Assembly: GCA_963701095.1 (NCBI GenBank)
Contig: OY969564.1
Location: 992,001-1,056,000 of the forward strand
Origin: an uncultured Methanoregulaceae archaeon
GTDB taxonomy: Archaea > Halobacteriota > Methanomicrobia > Methanomicrobiales > Methanospirillaceae
DNA length: 64,000 nt
Reading direction: 5' to 3'
Of this stretch, positions 38,508-48,864 are shown piece by piece; position 1 is the first letter of the stretch, and each line of letters starts with the position of its first letter. Under the pieces are notes generated by a model, which was given only the letters and a program-made list of their open reading frames with translations, was not told the DNA's origin and searched no databases. Made by a program: the position numbers and the translations under genes.

Positions 38508-38776
38508 TACATCACCCGGGGAGCCTTGATATATCCATCCTCTTTTGCACCGGCATTTCGTATCGCTTCTTCCTGGGAGAGTGATGGTTCTATCATGTCT
38601 TCCCGGAAAACATTCGACAGATCGCGTATGACCGTCTTGTCACCCTGCACTCGGTCAAGTACATCAAAATAGTCTACAATCGCATTAAACTGGCCAGTAA
38701 AAGTGGCAAGTTCATGCGTATCGATGCCAATATCAGCAAGTTCCCCGATATGCTCCACGTCTTTTTCAGTGACCAT
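38507..38776 (-). CDS. gatC: Asp/Glu-tRNA amidotransferase subunit C
   Basis: VEHIGELA, NVFRED, YIKAPRVM; abuts gatA. Confidence 0.9.
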   Translation of the reverse strand: MVTEKDVEHIGELADIGIDTHELATFTGQFNAIVDYFDVLDRVQGDKTVIRDLSNVFREDMIEPSLSQEEAIRNAGAKEDGYIKAPRVM

Positions 38777-39770
38777 GTTTCACCTGTCCGATGTGGTCTA
38801 TGTAATCTTGCACGGACGTTTTATAACCATTTTTACGGGCAAGTTTTTTTAGTACTCCCCAGACTCCGCTCCCGTATTGCATGGCTTTTTTCTTGTATCC
38901 GGCCAATTCTGGCGGGATATAATGCTCGGCAACCGCACGCAGCGGGATTTTCCGCTGGCCGTCACACACCTTTTCATGGGCCGGGATCGCACATGCAGCG
39001 CGCATAACCCGGATGTCCAGGTACGGCATGGACAGATAGGTACCATGAAGCGCAGCGACTGCCTGATCGCGTGCTGCCTGCTGCTCCAGACCAGCAACGT
39101 CCCGCGCGAGATCTTCTTCGAGGGTGGGTGTTGTCAGATACCGGGAATAGCCGCCGAAGAGCTCGTCTGCCCCCTGGCCGGCAAGGATACGCTGGTACCC
39201 GTGTTCTCCTGCCCATTGTGCGACAAAATACAGGGTAACGGCAATACTGGTGTTCACCGGGTCTTTTCTGGGGATCGCGGCAATTACAGCCGGGAGTGCG
39301 GATTCGATATCATCAGGTGTTATTACTACTTCGGTGCAGGTAAGACCGAGCATGTCTGCCGCCTGCCGTGCCCTCGCAAGGTCATGCGAACCTGAAAGGC
39401 CGACCGACACGCAATCCCGTCCTGCTAATGCGGCGACAAGACTTGAATCCACACCTCCGGATAATGCGGTTATGCCTTCGTCGCTCCTGAGTTTGATAGC
39501 CGTCACAATTGCTTCTTCAAGCGAAGAGGGCGCCGGGTCCGGTTCGATGGAAAACCGGACCTTTTCGTTGCAGATCAGCACACCCCTGGGACCGGGACCG
39601 GGGATAATACCAAAATGGTCACGTGCAGAGCACCCGTTAAAAGAGAACGCAAACTCGCCACCAAAAGTGCGAATCTGTTCCGGGTCCCCTCTGACAATCT
39701 TCTCAACCTCTGCCATGGAAAGCCGGATACCGCCCTGTTCTACCCAGCCTGTACATTCAAAGGAAGCCAT
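38766..39770 (-). CDS. Asparagine synthase-related protein (synthetase domain, reduced N-domain)
   Basis: ARDHFGI, LSGGVDSS, GQGADELFGGY, PYLD, KKAMQYGSG. Confidence 0.85.
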   Translation of the reverse strand: MASFECTGWVEQGGIRLSMAEVEKIVRGDPEQIRTFGGEFAFSFNGCSARDHFGIIPGPGPRGVLICNEKVRFSIEPDPAPSSLEEAIVTAIKLRSDEGITALSGGVDSSLVAALAGRDCVSVGLSGSHDLARARQAADMLGLTCTEVVITPDDIESALPAVIAAIPRKDPVNTSIAVTLYFVAQWAGEHGYQRILAGQGADELFGGYSRYLTTPTLEEDLARDVAGLEQQAARDQAVAALHGTYLSMPYLDIRVMRAACAIPAHEKVCDGQRKIPLRAVAEHYIPPELAGYKKKAMQYGSGVWGVLKKLARKNGYKTSVQDYIDHIGQVKHGH

Positions 39771-39881
39771 CTACTCGCCGGATACAGTATGGAAACGGCA
39801 ATGCATATAATGCGTGGTAAACGCATCTTACCCGCTGAGGTCACGATTCTTTTTAATGTACTGACGAAAATACTATAGGGC

Positions 39882-39964
39882 GCGAGGGTACGAAAGTGGC
39901 CAACTCGGCTGGACTTAAGATCCAGTTCCGCAGGGATTCATGGGTTCGACTCCCATCCCTCGCA
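39882..39964 (+). tRNA. tRNA-Leu(TAA)
   Basis: Acceptor stem GCGAGGG/CCCTCGC + A, anticodon arm CTGGA-CTTAAGA-TCCAG (TAA at 39916-39918), long variable arm, TTCGA T-loop; CCA not encoded. Confidence 0.93.
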
Positions 39965-40041
39965 TAGGTATTTGATTCTTGTATAAACTTCTTATTTTTA
40001 GAGAAGAGTTTGTTTAAGGTCGTTATTTTCTCAATCGATAA

Positions 40042-40159
40042 CGTATTGTCGTTTTTAAACAAAAAGAGAAGAGGCCGCGAGGCAGGCCGCGCAAAGGTGT
40101 GGAGAGAAAACCTGCAAATGCACCTAAACGCAAAATGCGGAAGACCGAAAAAGGTGTAA
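40042..40159 (+). pseudogene. AT-hook-encoding gene fragment
   Basis: KRPRGRPRK at 40069-40095 and, across A4 at 40132-40135, PKRKCGRPKKV*; in-frame stop at 40039-40041 and no start. Confidence 0.45.
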
Positions 40160-40193
40160 TTATTGAATCTGAAAAATGAGATTGTAAAACGGT

Positions 40194-40613
40194 ATGATTG
40201 AAAAAAATTTTCCTTTTATTAAGAGGAGTCTGCGTTGGACTCTCTGGATACTATGGATAATTTTTGGTTTATTAAATATTCTTGATATCATTACGACTTT
40301 TATTGGAGGGCGGATGGGAGGGTATGAACATTCCCCCATCTTATCTCCTTATCTTGGAAATCCGATTTTCCTTATTGGAATCAAAATTGGCTATTTTATC
40401 CTTCCTTTGGTTTGTATCGAATTTGTGATTTTTGTACTCAACAAGATCCCATTTAACAAAAGCTACACAAATTTTGAAAAATTGATTTACTATGCTTTTT
40501 ACTGTATTGTTTATGCGACGTGTATCGTATTTTTAATTTTGTTCATTCTGTTTTATTTGATCGTTCAGGATAACAATATCCAGTTTATCCTGTTTCATCA
40601 TTCTTTTTTATGA
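40194..40613 (+). CDS. Small membrane protein, DUF5658-like
   Basis: LNILDIITT...GGYEHSP...IKI with 3 TM; AT-rich gene. Confidence 0.6.
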   Translation: MIEKNFPFIKRSLRWTLWILWIIFGLLNILDIITTFIGGRMGGYEHSPILSPYLGNPIFLIGIKIGYFILPLVCIEFVIFVLNKIPFNKSYTNFEKLIYYAFYCIVYATCIVFLILFILFYLIVQDNNIQFILFHHSFL

Positions 40614-40744
40614 TTTGAATTCGGGGGAATTAAAAAATGTCCGGATGCTATTTTTATTAATAGCGGCTCGTTGCCGCTTGAAGGTTTAAAAATTACCGCA
40701 TGTGATGGTGAACGTATCCGGAGAGATTGAAATGAGGTCCAATT

Positions 40745-40987
40745 TTATTTTCCATCCCCGTTAGACTCAGACCCTAGAATAGTCACCACACGTCCCACGC
40801 GGCCGTCCCGGAGTCTGACCTTGATACCATGGGGATGTACCGACGAGTTGGTCAGGATTTCCTTAACGATACCCCGCGTCACTTTTCCGGACCGCTGGTC
40901 TTCTTTGAGAATGATATCGACAATACAGCCCGGGGAAATATCGTTACGGCATTTGCCACTGGATCGAATATTTACGTTTTTATCCAT
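40745..40987 (-). CDS. YwbE (DUF2196) family protein
   Basis: LKEDQRSGKVTRGIVKEILT...HPHGIKVRL..GRVGRV. Confidence 0.88.
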   Translation of the reverse strand: MDKNVNIRSSGKCRNDISPGCIVDIILKEDQRSGKVTRGIVKEILTNSSVHPHGIKVRLRDGRVGRVVTILGSESNGDGK

Positions 40988-41050
40988 AGGTATCAAAAAC
41001 ACTCCTTACGAGACGAGATTCCCGCACATTTTACGCAGTACCGAAAAAAA

Positions 41051-41794
41051 TTATGAGGGAAAAGACATATCCTGAGATCCTATCCCGGATTCAAGCCAGC
41101 CAGGAGTGGTAATCCATCCATGACTTGAACCATGCATCATCGGAACGCTGATCTGGTTCTGGTATGCATTTGAAGCAGGGGCAAAGATCGTCCATGTATT
41201 TGTCCCGGTTATACTCTCGTCGATACTCACGGTTACAGAAGGTGCAGACGAATATTCAGCATACATTTCAGTAAGATACTTATAACATACCGGTCCCCTC
41301 CCGGAAGCTACGCTCTCGCCAGAACATGCAGTAGTATGTATCCCGTTAACAGGGCGGAATACTGCTGCATTCTGGACCGGAGAACGCGTATCAATGTGTT
41401 CAGGTGACGATACGTTCACCGAAAACGTGATAGTAGCAGGTTGAGTGATCCCGTTGATAGCCGGCCCGCCAATACTTTTGGCAGAAACTTTGAGAAGCGT
41501 CGTTTTCCCGGTATCATACAGCGTCAGGTTCATGTTATCAGGAACCCCGGTAACGTCCCGGCTACTGATCTGTGCCACCACCGGAGAGTTCCCCTTCGGG
41601 TCTGCAGGGACCGGCAGGAACAAGGTAACATTTGTCAGGACCCCGTTGGTAGCAATAGTGCAGGTATAGAGGTAATTCCCGGAGAGCGAGCTCCGGTAGA
41701 TTGAACCAATGTAGCCAAAATAGCATGTATACGCTACAAACGCTACAAAGAGGACAATAAAGAGCCCCAGCACGATTTTAATGATCTTATCCAT
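41051..41794 (-). CDS. Hypothetical membrane-anchored extracellular protein
   Basis: N-terminal TM, LTNVTLFLPVP, beta-rich with many N-x-T/S sequons; ATG at 41794. Confidence 0.7.
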   Translation of the reverse strand: MDKIIKIVLGLFIVLFVAFVAYTCYFGYIGSIYRSSLSGNYLYTCTIATNGVLTNVTLFLPVPADPKGNSPVVAQISSRDVTGVPDNMNLTLYDTGKTTLLKVSAKSIGGPAINGITQPATITFSVNVSSPEHIDTRSPVQNAAVFRPVNGIHTTACSGESVASGRGPVCYKYLTEMYAEYSSAPSVTVSIDESITGTNTWTIFAPASNAYQNQISVPMMHGSSHGWITTPGWLESGIGSQDMSFPS

Positions 41795-41975
41795 AATCTC
41801 CACCATCGCACCGGATACCATTCTGGAAAGCCATAGTATGGCTGTTCCCATTGCTCCGGCACACAAGCATACTATTCCGAACCCAGATAAAAAATCATTG
41901 TATCTGGAAGCTGCGATCCCGATCTTTTCAATAAAAAACAGCACGTCTATATGATCCGGTGCCGATCATATCTGC

Positions 41976-43237
41976 ATGGAACGTCGCCCTGATCTTGTGC
42001 TGGCAAATGTCCGGATCCCCGGAGGGCGAAAAGCAGATGTCGCTATCCGTGATGGCCGGGTTATCCATACCGGTGCAGTGACCTCTGGCATTCAGACAAT
42101 AGATTGCTCGGGGCTTTTTGTCCTGCCTGCGGCAGTTGATGCCCATGTCCACATGAGAGGGGGAAAACAGTCGGCAAAAGAAGACTGGAAAACCGGGAGT
42201 GCAAGCGCTCTTGCCGGGGGGGTGACTGTAGTCGTTGACCAGCCAAATACCATTCCCCCTCTGACAAAACCCGGGGCATTTTTATCCCGGGTTCATGAGG
42301 CAAAAGAGCATTCGCTGTGTAGTTATGCGATAAACAGCGGTGTCACGCCTGGTACACCCATCGAAGAAATGTGGGCACAAGGGGCGATGGCTTTCGGTGA
42401 GATTTTCTATGCCCCTTCAAGTTACAGTGATGCTCTCGATAGTGGAGATCTTTCCCGGGCACTCGGGCGCATCCGGGCCCTTGGGGGTCTTGCAACCATC
42501 CACGCAGAAGGGATCGTCCCGGGAAAAGACACGGGTCTTGCTGCTCACGATGCCCTGCGTTCAGGCCTCCATGAGAAAGAGGCAGTGATCGCTGTGCAGG
42601 CAGGAAATACAGATGGCTGCCGCCTTCATTTCTGTCATATGAGCACTGCCGCGGCAATCGAAGCTGCAAAAGGAACCGTGGAGGTAACCCCCCACCATCT
42701 CTTCCTTTCCCGGGAAAAGACATGTGATGAAAATGCACTGTTCAAGGTAAATCCCCCGGTCAGAAGTGAAAAAGAGCGGGAGAGACTCTGGACATTATGG
42801 GACCGGATCGATATTATCGCCTCTGATCACGCCCCTCACACCAAGGCTGAAAAAACACTTCCGTTCCCTGACGCACCTTCCGGGTCCCGGGCGTTGAAAC
42901 CATGGTACCACTCCTGATGGCCGCAGTGCTTGACCGGAAGATCATGCTCTCCGATCTGATCCGGAAAACTGCTGCGGCACCAGCGGCGCTCCTGGGTATC
43001 CCTCCATCGGGTTTTTCTCCGAAGGACCGGGCTGATTTTGCCCTTTATCCCGATGCTGCAGTCATTATCGAACCGGAAATGCTTCACAGCAGATGCGGGT
43101 GGACGCCATTTGAAGGATTCCGCGCGGTATTTCCCTCAACCGTAATCCTGGGTGGGGATGTTGTCTACAAAGAAGGTGATTTTTTCCCTGCAAATCCCAC
43201 GTGGTTTACCGGGAAAGGTTACGTTCCACCGTCATAA
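41976..43237 (+). CDS. pyrC: Dihydroorotase (frameshift at 42882-42884)
   Basis: DAHVHMR, DQPNT, HAE, EVTPHHL, KVNPP, ASDHAPH; one extra G gives APSGVPGVETM and joins the ORF at 42902. Confidence 0.88.
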
Positions 43238-43326
43238 AATTTCCAGGGAAATGTTCTTTGGATTCACAGAGCCACGACACAAACGATAAAGACCTTAACC
43301 AACAGATGAGAAAGGGTGCCGATACA

Positions 43327-43489
43327 GCGCACCCATAGGTCCCCGGGTGATCGATTGGCAAGCGCCTGGAAATGATCCATGGGACAACCCGGGTACGCGA
43401 CAGGCATCGCCCGGCTGAGGGTTTTATACACGGGAGAAGAACGGTAGCAGCCACTGATGATCCATGTGTGTTTAAGCCGGGCGACACTT
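43327..43489 (+). ncRNA. Probable two-hairpin H/ACA pseudouridylation guide RNA
   Basis: Hairpin 1 GCGCACCC/GGGTACGC with ACA at 43400-43402; hairpin 2 TCGCCCGGCT/AGCCGGGCGA with ACA at 43484-43486; internal pockets and K-turn-like GA/TGATGA elements. Confidence 0.65.
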
Positions 43490-43508
43490 CCTCTTCAAAA
43501 GGGTATTT

Positions 43509-43853
43509 ATGTCCACGATTGCTGATGCAATTCTCGAAGACAGTGGCAATACTATTCTGTACATCGAAGTCTCGGCGGGCGCACGAAGCGATCTCTTTCC
43601 TGCAGGTTATAACGAATGGCGAAATACTATCGGATGTCGTGTAATTGCCCCTGCAGTTGACGGTAAAGCCAATAAAGCGGTCATAGGCCTTATCAGCACA
43701 AGAACCGGCATACCGGTCTCTGCGGTCTCTATTGTTTCAGGGTTTACCTCATCCCAGAAAAAAATAAGGATCGCTGGTATCACAAAAACAGAAATTACCC
43801 GCATACTTGTCCAGAACGGGAACAAAAACAATCGGAGCCATTTGTTCAAATAG
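43509..43853 (+). CDS. DUF167 / UPF0235 (YggU) family protein
   Basis: APAVDGKANKAVI, IVSGFTSSQK. Confidence 0.88.
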   Translation: MSTIADAILEDSGNTILYIEVSAGARSDLFPAGYNEWRNTIGCRVIAPAVDGKANKAVIGLISTRTGIPVSAVSIVSGFTSSQKKIRIAGITKTEITRILVQNGNKNNRSHLFK

Positions 43854-43997
43854 AACCCAGAAGAAAATACGGTTGTTTACCGGGGATAAAAAAGCTAATC
43901 CGCGAACCTACACTTTAAGTAATTTCCCGTAATATATATATGTTATACCTATGATCAGGCTTTCAACCTATTGCATGATACATGGGGGTGCGTTTAC

Positions 43998-45236
43998 GTG
44001 TATTCACCGGATACTACCAGGTACCTTATTCACATCAGCCTCAGTGCAGAGGGGGTGGTCGAGAAACCTGATGTAGTTGGTGCCATTTTCGGGCAGACTG
44101 AAGGGTTACTCGGCGAAGATCTGGACCTGCGGGATCTCCAGAGGACCGGACGTGTCGGAAGAATCGACGTCCAGATAGCAAGCAAGAAGGGTGAGACTAC
44201 CGGAGAGATTCTGATCTCGACCTCTCTTGACCGGGCAGAGACTGCTGTCCTGGCTGCATCACTTGAGACCATTGATCGCGTAGGTCCTTGTGTTGCGCAT
44301 GTGTCAGTCAGCATGGTCGAGGATATAAGGGTCAGCAAACGGAAGAAAATTGTCGAACGTGCAAAAGAGATTCTTATTGAGCGTTTTGATGACGGCACCA
44401 TCGACAGTGATGAACTGCTTGACGATGTCCGCCAGACGTTAAGAATCGAAAAAATCGGTACGATTGGCGATGAAAAACTTCCTGCGGGCCCTAATATTCT
44501 CGAATCGGATGCAATAATCATTGTTGAAGGAAGGGCTGATGTGATCAACCTCCTCCGGTACGGCATCAAGAATGCTGTAGCTGTGGAAGGCACTAACATT
44601 CCCAAATCGATAGTTGAGCTTACCGAAAGAAAAACCACGACGGCTTTTTTCGACGGCGACCGGGGTGGCGAACTCATTCTCCGGGAGCTCCTCCAGGTTG
44701 CAGACATCGATTATGTTGCATTTTCTCCCCGGGGAAAAAGCGTAGAGGATATGACCAAAAAAGAGGTCATAAAAACGCTACGCAACAAAGTCCCGATTGA
44801 ATATGTCCGGGACCAGTATTTTGAAGATGCCGCCGAACTTCCCGCAGATATTGTCAAACAGAACCGTTCAGTACCAGGTTCTGATGAGGGAAATCGCAAT
44901 GATGCTGCAGGAAGAGCGGGACAGAAGAGACCCAAAGAAAGTTCACCTAAAGTCCCGGTGACCATCCGCGATCATATGGAAGACGTTAGAGGCAAAAGCG
45001 TCGCCCGGTTCATGAACGGGGATATGGGTGTGATCCGGGAGATCCGATCCGAAGAGATGGAAAAAGCAGTTGAAACCCTGGATGAACCAGCCACGGGAGT
45101 TATTGTCGATCGCACGGTCGACCAGAAACTTCTCGATCGCCTGGTATGGAAAGGGCTTGAATATGTCGCGGCAAAAGATTTCAAGGGGATTATAAAAAGG
45201 CCATTAAACATCAGGTTGATCAAAATAAGCTCGTGA
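43998..45236 (+). CDS. dnaG: Archaeal DnaG (TOPRIM; exosome-associated)
   Basis: [37 protein letters not shown] at 43998. Confidence 0.93.
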   Translation: MYSPDTTRYLIHISLSAEGVVEKPDVVGAIFGQTEGLLGEDLDLRDLQRTGRVGRIDVQIASKKGETTGEILISTSLDRAETAVLAASLETIDRVGPCVAHVSVSMVEDIRVSKRKKIVERAKEILIERFDDGTIDSDELLDDVRQTLRIEKIGTIGDEKLPAGPNILESDAIIIVEGRADVINLLRYGIKNAVAVEGTNIPKSIVELTERKTTTAFFDGDRGGELILRELLQVADIDYVAFSPRGKSVEDMTKKEVIKTLRNKVPIEYVRDQYFEDAAELPADIVKQNRSVPGSDEGNRNDAAGRAGQKRPKESSPKVPVTIRDHMEDVRGKSVARFMNGDMGVIREIRSEEMEKAVETLDEPATGVIVDRTVDQKLLDRLVWKGLEYVAAKDFKGIIKRPLNIRLIKISS

Positions 45237-45300
45237 AGTTCGAAGCCGCGCAAATTTATTTATGGAGGGGATGCACTATGATACACTTTGGAGTGGAACT

Positions 45301-45582
45301 GTGCACAAGGAAGAACTCGTTAACCTTCACAAAATACTTTTCGAGGTCAAGGACTATTTTGAAGAGATCAACCCGGACCTGAAGTTTTCCCAGTACAGTG
45401 CGTTAAAGATTACCCCGTCCCAGATGCACAAGAGCAAACTCGAGCATAAATACGCCATCTTTGTTCTTGGTAACGAAATTGCCAATGCGATGAAAGAAGT
45501 CGATTATACCTCGTCTTCACGAATTTCGGCACGTATGAAGGACCTTGCCGAAAAGACTCTTAAAGAAATGGAATACGCCTGA
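45301..45582 (+). CDS. UPF0058 family protein
   Basis: HKEELVNLH, HKSKLEHKYAIFVLG; GTG start. Confidence 0.85.
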   Translation: MHKEELVNLHKILFEVKDYFEEINPDLKFSQYSALKITPSQMHKSKLEHKYAIFVLGNEIANAMKEVDYTSSSRISARMKDLAEKTLKEMEYA

Positions 45583-45696
45583 TCCTTCCAGACTCTCTTT
45601 TTCACAAAATATTAGTCGCCGTAGAGTCGATATCGCCGACCGTTCTCACCCTGAAGGGGCATAAACACTAAATCCGAGCAGGTGAATCAATCCTGT

Positions 45697-46632
45697 ATGC
45701 GATATTTCCCTGATCCGGACCGGGACCTTAACCTCGGCGACGTAAACCGAGTTGTCGAAGCTGCATTTGCTGATCATGGAAAAGGGCTTGTGCAGATGCC
45801 GCCCAAAGTCTATATCACCCTCCCTGCCGGGGATTTCAGGACAATGCCGGCGTACCTTCCCTCACTGGGGATTGCCGGTGTAAAGATTGTCAACGTTCAC
45901 CCGGATAACCCGAAAGTGGGGCTTCCGACGGTAATGGCGTTGACGATTATTCTTGACCTGGCAACCGGGAGACCCATGGCGATCCTTAACGCTACCCGGC
46001 TCACAGATATGCGGACCGGGGCCTCCGGGGCAATTGCGGCAAAATATCTTGCACCAAAAAAAGAGTGCGTTCTTGGCATTATAGGCACAGGCCGCCAGGC
46101 AGAAGCCCAGGTAAGGGCCACGGCGCAGGAATTGCCCCTTGAACAGGTCAAGGTCTGGAGCCGGAACCCGGCACACGCCGAAGCTTTTGCTGCACGGCTC
46201 TCCCCGCTTTCTGCAATAAGCCAGTCTATTGAAAAAGTCTGTGACTGCGATATTCTCGTAACCACGACACCGTCCCGCGTTCCTATCGTTAAAAGCGAAT
46301 GGATACATGCCGGAACGCACATTAATGCCATAGGTGCCGATGCCCCCGGTAAAGAGGAACTGGATCCGGAGATCCTGCACCGGGCCAGGGTATTTGTTGA
46401 TGATCCGGCACAGGCATTCCATTCCGGCGAAATAAACGTGCCTATCAGCAGGGGACTGTATCAGCCATGGATGATCGCCGGCACCCTTGGGGAAATAGTA
46501 ATAGGCAAACGAAAACGTGAAAGCAAAGATGAGATCACGATCTTTGATTCCACCGGGCTTGCAATTCAGGATCTGGCAATTGCATCGATTGCGATGCGTC
46601 AGGCATCCGGTATGGAACTACCGTTCCTGTGA
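45697..46632 (+). CDS. ala: Alanine dehydrogenase, archaeal type (ornithine cyclodeaminase/mu-crystallin family)
   Basis: MPPK, GDFRTMPAY, KIVNVHP, TDMRTGA, IGAD, FDSTGLAIQD. Confidence 0.8.
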   Translation: MRYFPDPDRDLNLGDVNRVVEAAFADHGKGLVQMPPKVYITLPAGDFRTMPAYLPSLGIAGVKIVNVHPDNPKVGLPTVMALTIILDLATGRPMAILNATRLTDMRTGASGAIAAKYLAPKKECVLGIIGTGRQAEAQVRATAQELPLEQVKVWSRNPAHAEAFAARLSPLSAISQSIEKVCDCDILVTTTPSRVPIVKSEWIHAGTHINAIGADAPGKEELDPEILHRARVFVDDPAQAFHSGEINVPISRGLYQPWMIAGTLGEIVIGKRKRESKDEITIFDSTGLAIQDLAIASIAMRQASGMELPFL

Positions 46633-46731
46633 GATACGGTTCGTTCTGCCACATATACCGTAACAAAGGAAACCTCACGGCTAAAAGACATTTAACCGGA
46701 TTGTCCGGCATACAAATATAATGTAAAAAAA

Positions 46732-48196
46732 TTACTGCTTCTCTTTTGCGTATTTTTTCCAGACCTGTTCACGATAGACCGGGCCGCTGTTATAGGTACA
46801 GAAAGGAATAAGCTTGCCATCCGGTGTCGCGTAATGGATACAACATCTCTGGACACGCTCGATATCGTAATTATATTTGTCCATGAAATGCATCGTCCCG
46901 ATGAAAAGGGCATTCCAGTGGAACTCACGTAAGGCATCGAAGTTCTGGGCTATCAATGTTTTACCGATCAATTTCCAGAAGTCCGCCGCGTTTCCTTTCT
47001 CCGCTTTCTTGAAGGAGGCATGAAGCTCTTTTACCCCTTCCAGCAGGGTGGCGTATTTGTTGATAGTTCCGCCTTTTTTGAGTTTGGTTGCCATGAGTTC
47101 AATTGCCGCAAAGAGGCTCTCTACGTCAACCATTCTCGTTACCGGTACCATCCCCTCTTTTGTTATAAAAACATATGTCGCTGCACCGCAATGTTCGTGA
47201 GCGGTGAACCGCACCTGAGGCCCGCGTGTATGCCTCCACCAAATCGGAAAATGGCAGGACACAAGGCACCGGATAAAAATCGCCTTTTTTAAGAATGCCG
47301 CCAGTCTGTATCTCGATTTCCCCAAGAAGTTCCGGTATCGTTATACGTTCCTTATCGATATCTTCATCATTTGCTGCCCCGGTAAATGCCACCGGCTGGA
47401 AATTAACACCCCGGACAATGGAGATGTGTTCAGCGGCAAATTTCAGGATTTCACCTACTTCACCAGAGTTTCTTCCCTTAATGACCGTAGGGACAAGGAC
47501 TACACCAAGGCCGGCCTTATGCAGGTTTTCCAGTGCCTTGATATGGATCTTTAAGAAAGGGTTGGTTGCTGGTGTAACTCCGTCGAAGTGGAGATAGACC
47601 GTCGAAAGACCGGCGTCTTTGAGCTGCTGGGAAAGGAGCGGGTTATTTGCCAGTTTAACGCCATTCGTTGCGATCTGGACCTGGGGGAATCCAAGTTCCT
47701 TTGCCTTTTTGACGATATCAACAAGATCGTCCCGCATAGTTGGCTCCCCGCCAGAAAACTGGACAGCGGGCGCCGGGACCGGTTCTTCGTGCCGGAGCAC
47801 CTGCATCATGCTGACAATTTCGTCAAAAGTGGGCTCATACACAAACCCGCATGCACGGGCATTGGCAAAACAAAAGTCACAATCCAGGTTGCACCGGTTT
47901 GTGAGATCTATATTGGCAAGCAGTGTTCCCGAGTGGTGGTTACTGCAAAGACCACAGGCTGTAGGACACGTATCGGAGATTACCGGATTCTGGGGATTGG
48001 ATACCCCACGACCTACAGCGTCAAACTTTGCAAACCGGTGATACATCTCCGCATCTGACCAGTACACGTGCCGGAATTTCCCGTGTTCGGGACACGTCCG
48101 TACAAGCCAGATCTTCCCTTCCTCCTCAACAATTTCCGCTTCCAGAACTTTCCCACAGGCAGGGCAAAGGCTGCGTGTTTTTTTGATCATCACCAT
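46732..48196 (-). CDS. tes: Tetraether lipid synthase, radical SAM (frameshift near 47218-47227)
   Basis: SLCPAC...CPEHG, CPTACGLC, TNRCNLDCDFCFANA, FTAHEHCG, RCCIHY...IPFCTYN spread over two ORFs. Confidence 0.85.
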
Positions 48197-48324
48197 ATTT
48201 CCACCCGATGCACCAAATACACGACCACTAATTTGGCTTTTTGAGTAACCTTAATCTTTTTATCTGCTCTTTATTAGAGGTATTGGAGTGCTACACTATT
48301 AGTGCTGAGTCATTCATAATACCA

Positions 48325-48858
48325 TTGCTCTCTACACTGCTCGCCGCATTCTGGATCATGGTTCCTGCATATGTCCCCAATCCTGTCGCTGCTGTCTGTG
48401 GTGGCGGGATGCCGATAGATTTTGGCAAAACATACGCAGATGGACGGAGGATCCTAGGAGACGGAAAAACCTACCGGGGTCTTGTATGCGGGGTGTGTGC
48501 GGGCATCGCGGTTGGCTTTTTGCAGATCTGGCTTTTCGGGACATTTGGCTTGACGTTCCTTCCGCAGCAGACGCTCGCCTCCATTGTAATCCTTGCCTTT
48601 GGCGCACTTCTCGGTGATATGGGAAAAAGTTTCATCAAGCGGCGGATTGGAAAAAACCGGGGGGAATCATGGCCGATAGCAGATCAGTATGACCTGGTTG
48701 CCGGTGCTTTTATCCTCATGCTGGTCTTTGACCCGGCATGGATATTCACCAATGTAACATGGCAAATACTCATAGTTATCCTGATCCTGACACCTATTCT
48801 CCACCGGACGGTTAATATTATCGGGTACCATATAAGGGTTAAGAAAGAGCCCTGGTGA
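48325..48858 (+). CDS. carS: CDP-archaeol synthase
   Basis: PAYVPN, PIDFG, DGRRILGDGKT, GDMGKSFIKRR, DQYD, KKEPW; start uncertain (TTG 48325 or ATG 48358). Confidence 0.88.
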   Translation: MLSTLLAAFWIMVPAYVPNPVAAVCGGGMPIDFGKTYADGRRILGDGKTYRGLVCGVCAGIAVGFLQIWLFGTFGLTFLPQQTLASIVILAFGALLGDMGKSFIKRRIGKNRGESWPIADQYDLVAGAFILMLVFDPAWIFTNVTWQILIVILILTPILHRTVNIIGYHIRVKKEPW

Positions 48859-48864
48859 TTTCCC

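Noticed and set aside
43250..43500. Structured intergenic region as SRP RNA, RNase P RNA or a small CDS
   Set aside because: No SRP helix-8 or RNase P P4 consensus seen on either strand; the overlapping short ORFs have no recognisable motifs; the hairpin-ACA layout fits H/ACA better
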